Source of the DNA: Zootoca vivipara
Lineage: Eukaryota
Direction: 5' to 3'
Assembly: GCF_963506605.1 (NCBI RefSeq)
Contig: NC_083288.1
Location: 45,508,001-45,572,000, forward strand
Length of the DNA stretch: 64,000 nt
How positions within the stretch are numbered: the stretch's first letter is position 1; every line of letters starts with the position of its first letter. Below, one piece after another: positions 61,475 to 64,000 of the stretch. A model generated the notes under the pieces. The model searched no databases and had not been told where the DNA came from. It saw nothing but the letters and a program-made list of their open reading frames with translations. A program made the translations under genes and the position numbers.

Positions 61475-62545
61475 AGCCCCAGGTTCAATAGTCAGCACTT
61501 CCTATTAAAACGATCAGGAAGCAGATGATGTTAAAGACCCCCAGCTAAGAGTTTTGAGGGCCATTGCCCTTCAACTTGCAAAGCACTGGGGTAATTGAAG
61601 AAAAAGTCTGACCTCGTATAGGGCAGCTCCCTGATCTGTTTCTATAAACTTAAAACACTGTACTGGAACAGATGTAAATGGTTGGAGGCAGTAATATTTA
61701 TGCCTGTTGCTGGGATCCACAGGACAGGGAGAGAAAGAATAAAGTAGATGCAAAAGTTCCAGAAACCGGGGGTGGGAAGAAAATAATGTGAACATCCTCT
61801 GGTTAATGTGAAATGCAAGAGGTGTGTGTTTAGCTTAGAATTGACTTTTGAGTGTGCATGTAGATGGCTTGAAACCTGTATTCCATATCTTTGCTCCTAA
61901 TATTTTTATTGTTTTCTTTTTTGCATATGTGCCTATAAGCTTCTCCATCTTTGATCCCCACTCGGCCCTCAGCTCACCTGTGCCTCCTCTAAGGGAAACG
62001 ACTTCGACTGGCTGGCTAAACAAGTGAGGGCACTCAATGGGCTTCCACCCTTAAGGAGTTAGGGATTTCCTCTGCATGTGAAGACAAGTTCTGGCAGATT
62101 GAGCAGATAAGACCAACTGTGGTGACTGCATGTGCAGTAGAGGGAAATGAGCAGCAGTTGGGGCTCATCCACCTGGGAAGGTAGCCCAACTAGAAGAAGG
62201 AAAATCTGGTCCTAATCCTCCGCTATCTTGTGGCTACATACTAATTCATGAGAAAGGCTTTGGGAATAAAACCAGAGGAAATATCCATACCTGCTGCTTT
62301 GATGGACATCACTGGGCAATCCAAAGGTACCTTTGCCATACTTTATGCTTTTGATGTTTTTAATATTATTAGCAACTCAGTCTGCCTTACTCTTTCCACC
62401 TTATGATCACAGCCAGCATCTTATCTCACAAGAAATTCTTTCCCATTGTTGCAGTAATGGTTGGTATACTTTTTTTTTTCTTCTCTTTAGTGGCAAACAA
62501 CAGGAAAATGGTTAAAGATTTTTCATGCAGAGGATTCCCTCATCT

Positions 62546-62609
<64 letters not shown>

Positions 62610-63653
62610 CATAAATCGGGCATTTTGCTCTACCTTAGGCACTTCAATGTCCACTTTTTTCCATTCTGTTCTTCTTAATGACAGAATGTGCTACATACAA
62701 ATTTTCAGATTGTGTCAGAGGGTCATCGTGTCTACTCTAAAGTAACTCCGCCTGATTCCAGTTTGTCTTCAAAGAATTTTATTGTGCTATCTATTTACAG
62801 TGTAGAGACAGCTTAAAACATGACCTCTCATCCTGAATCAGAATCCGGCAATGGCGTACGTCTGTTCCTACGCCTGCAAAGTAGTCTGGGCACCCCAAAA
62901 CGCCACCCCCTTGACCTGCGTTGCAGTGCTCTCCTCATTTCTGGCGCCGGAAGGAGCGACGCCCTTTCAGTTTCCTCCTTCAGCAGTCAGTTCCCTGGCT
63001 CTGCAGCATTCCTAAGCGTCTGCCTGCATCCCTCCACCTCCGAGCTTTCCCATTGTTCCTCACTCTGATTTATCTCCCCCTCCGAGTCTCTTCTTCCCCC
63101 TCTAGCTGCTTCAGAACCACCGGTGCTCTCTGTACTTGATGAGGTGGACATTAGGAAGATAGAGGGGTCTCTCCAAGTTATACTTTTCCTTGTCCCAGAA
63201 GTGTTTAAAGAAGGGAGGGTGTGGGTCTTTCTTCCTAGAGAAGGTATTTATGTGACTCCTCAGTTTCCCAGCTCATTCTAACTTTTGTCTGAGGCACCAG
63301 GCACAGAAAGCATAAAAAGCCTCAATCAAAGCATTTGAGGTTGCTCACGAATCCCCCTTCTCTTCCTGAGTGATTAAAGGTCAGCCCATCTCTTTGACTA
63401 TTATTAAGCACCACAAAATTATCTTCTGTCAGGGGCGAGCTAACACAGAGACAGCTGAATCTCAATTCTTCTCCCTTGAAGTCTCCACCTGGAACTGATT
63501 GTATGTGAGGCATATTATTATTCACAACAGTTTTGACCTGATTTTTTTTTTGGGGGGGAGGTATCAAAATGGAGTAGCAAAATATATTTAAAGTGGATTT
63601 GAAAAAAAAATGGTTGATTTTCTATTCACTTTAGTTGTAGGAATGTGCCCAAA

Positions 63654-64000
63654 ATGTGGAACCACAGCATGGTGAGAGAATTTGTACTTTCGGGCTTTAC
63701 AGACAACCGGAGAGTTGAAATCTTTCTATTTACCCTCATATTTAGCACGTACCTTTTGACAATAATGGGGAACGCTGCGATTGTTATAATCACTCGGGTG
63801 AATCGCCAGCTCAACACCCCAATGTATTTCTTCCTCCGACACTTTGCCTTCATGGAAATTGGATTCACCACCTCTATCATTCCAAAAACATTGGCCAGCA
63901 TGGCCGCTGGCCAGAAAGCCATCTCGCTACCTGGTTGCTTCACGCAGACCTTTTTGTACTTTGCATTTGGAGCCACAGAGTTCCTTCTTCTGGCGGTCAT
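63654..64000 (+). CDS. Olfactory receptor (OR8), 5' part, runs off the window
   Basis: Manual translation: MWNHSMVREFVLSGF...IMGN...[18 protein letters not shown]...GCFTQ...TEFLLLAV, open to the window end. Confidence 0.93.
   Translation, partial: MWNHSMVREFVLSGFTDNRRVEIFLFTLIFSTYLLTIMGNAAIVIITRVNRQLNTPMYFFLRHFAFMEIGFTTSIIPKTLASMAAGQKAISLPGCFTQTFLYFAFGATEFLLLAV

Noticed and set aside
62713-63150. Possible reverse-oriented LTR upstream of OR8
   Set aside because: It has a TGTCA start and minus-strand AATAAA, but I found no matching end or TSD, so it was not called.
18539-63999. Recurrent antisense ORFs over OR genes (MQPAKEM.., RKKYMG..)
   Set aside because: Antisense shadows of conserved OR codons, not independent genes.

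Overview
Squamate (probably lacertid lizard) genomic DNA containing part of an olfactory receptor (OR) gene cluster. The taxon is inferred from Sauria SINEs, BovB, CR1, L2 and Rex/Babar LINEs. There are seven complete single-coding-exon class II ORs most similar to family 6, plus an eighth cut off by the window end; orientation is +,+,+,-,-,-,+,+. A 3' remnant of a deleted ninth paralog is also present. Non-coding 5' exons and Ebf/homeodomain promoter-type motifs can be inferred for several genes. Most intergenic DNA is transposon-derived: L1, L2, CR1, BovB, RTE and Rex LINE fragments, six Sauria SINEs, hAT and Tc1/mariner MITEs, three solo LTRs with perfect 5-bp TSDs, a non-autonomous Helitron and a possible ERV env relic. 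There is one 170-N gap. I found no clear-cut new biological system. The best leads are: recurrent out-of-frame uATGs just after the OR splice acceptors; altered NPxxY motifs in four ORs; a CpG-rich DNA transposon in an OR 5' intron; a Helitron carrying a CTCF-like site between divergent OR blocks; a very young 90-bp hAT MITE family; and two unexplained CpG-rich small ORFs that end near poly(A) signals. OR1-OR8 are positional labels used here, not gene names. All family assignments are from motif recognition, not database searches.
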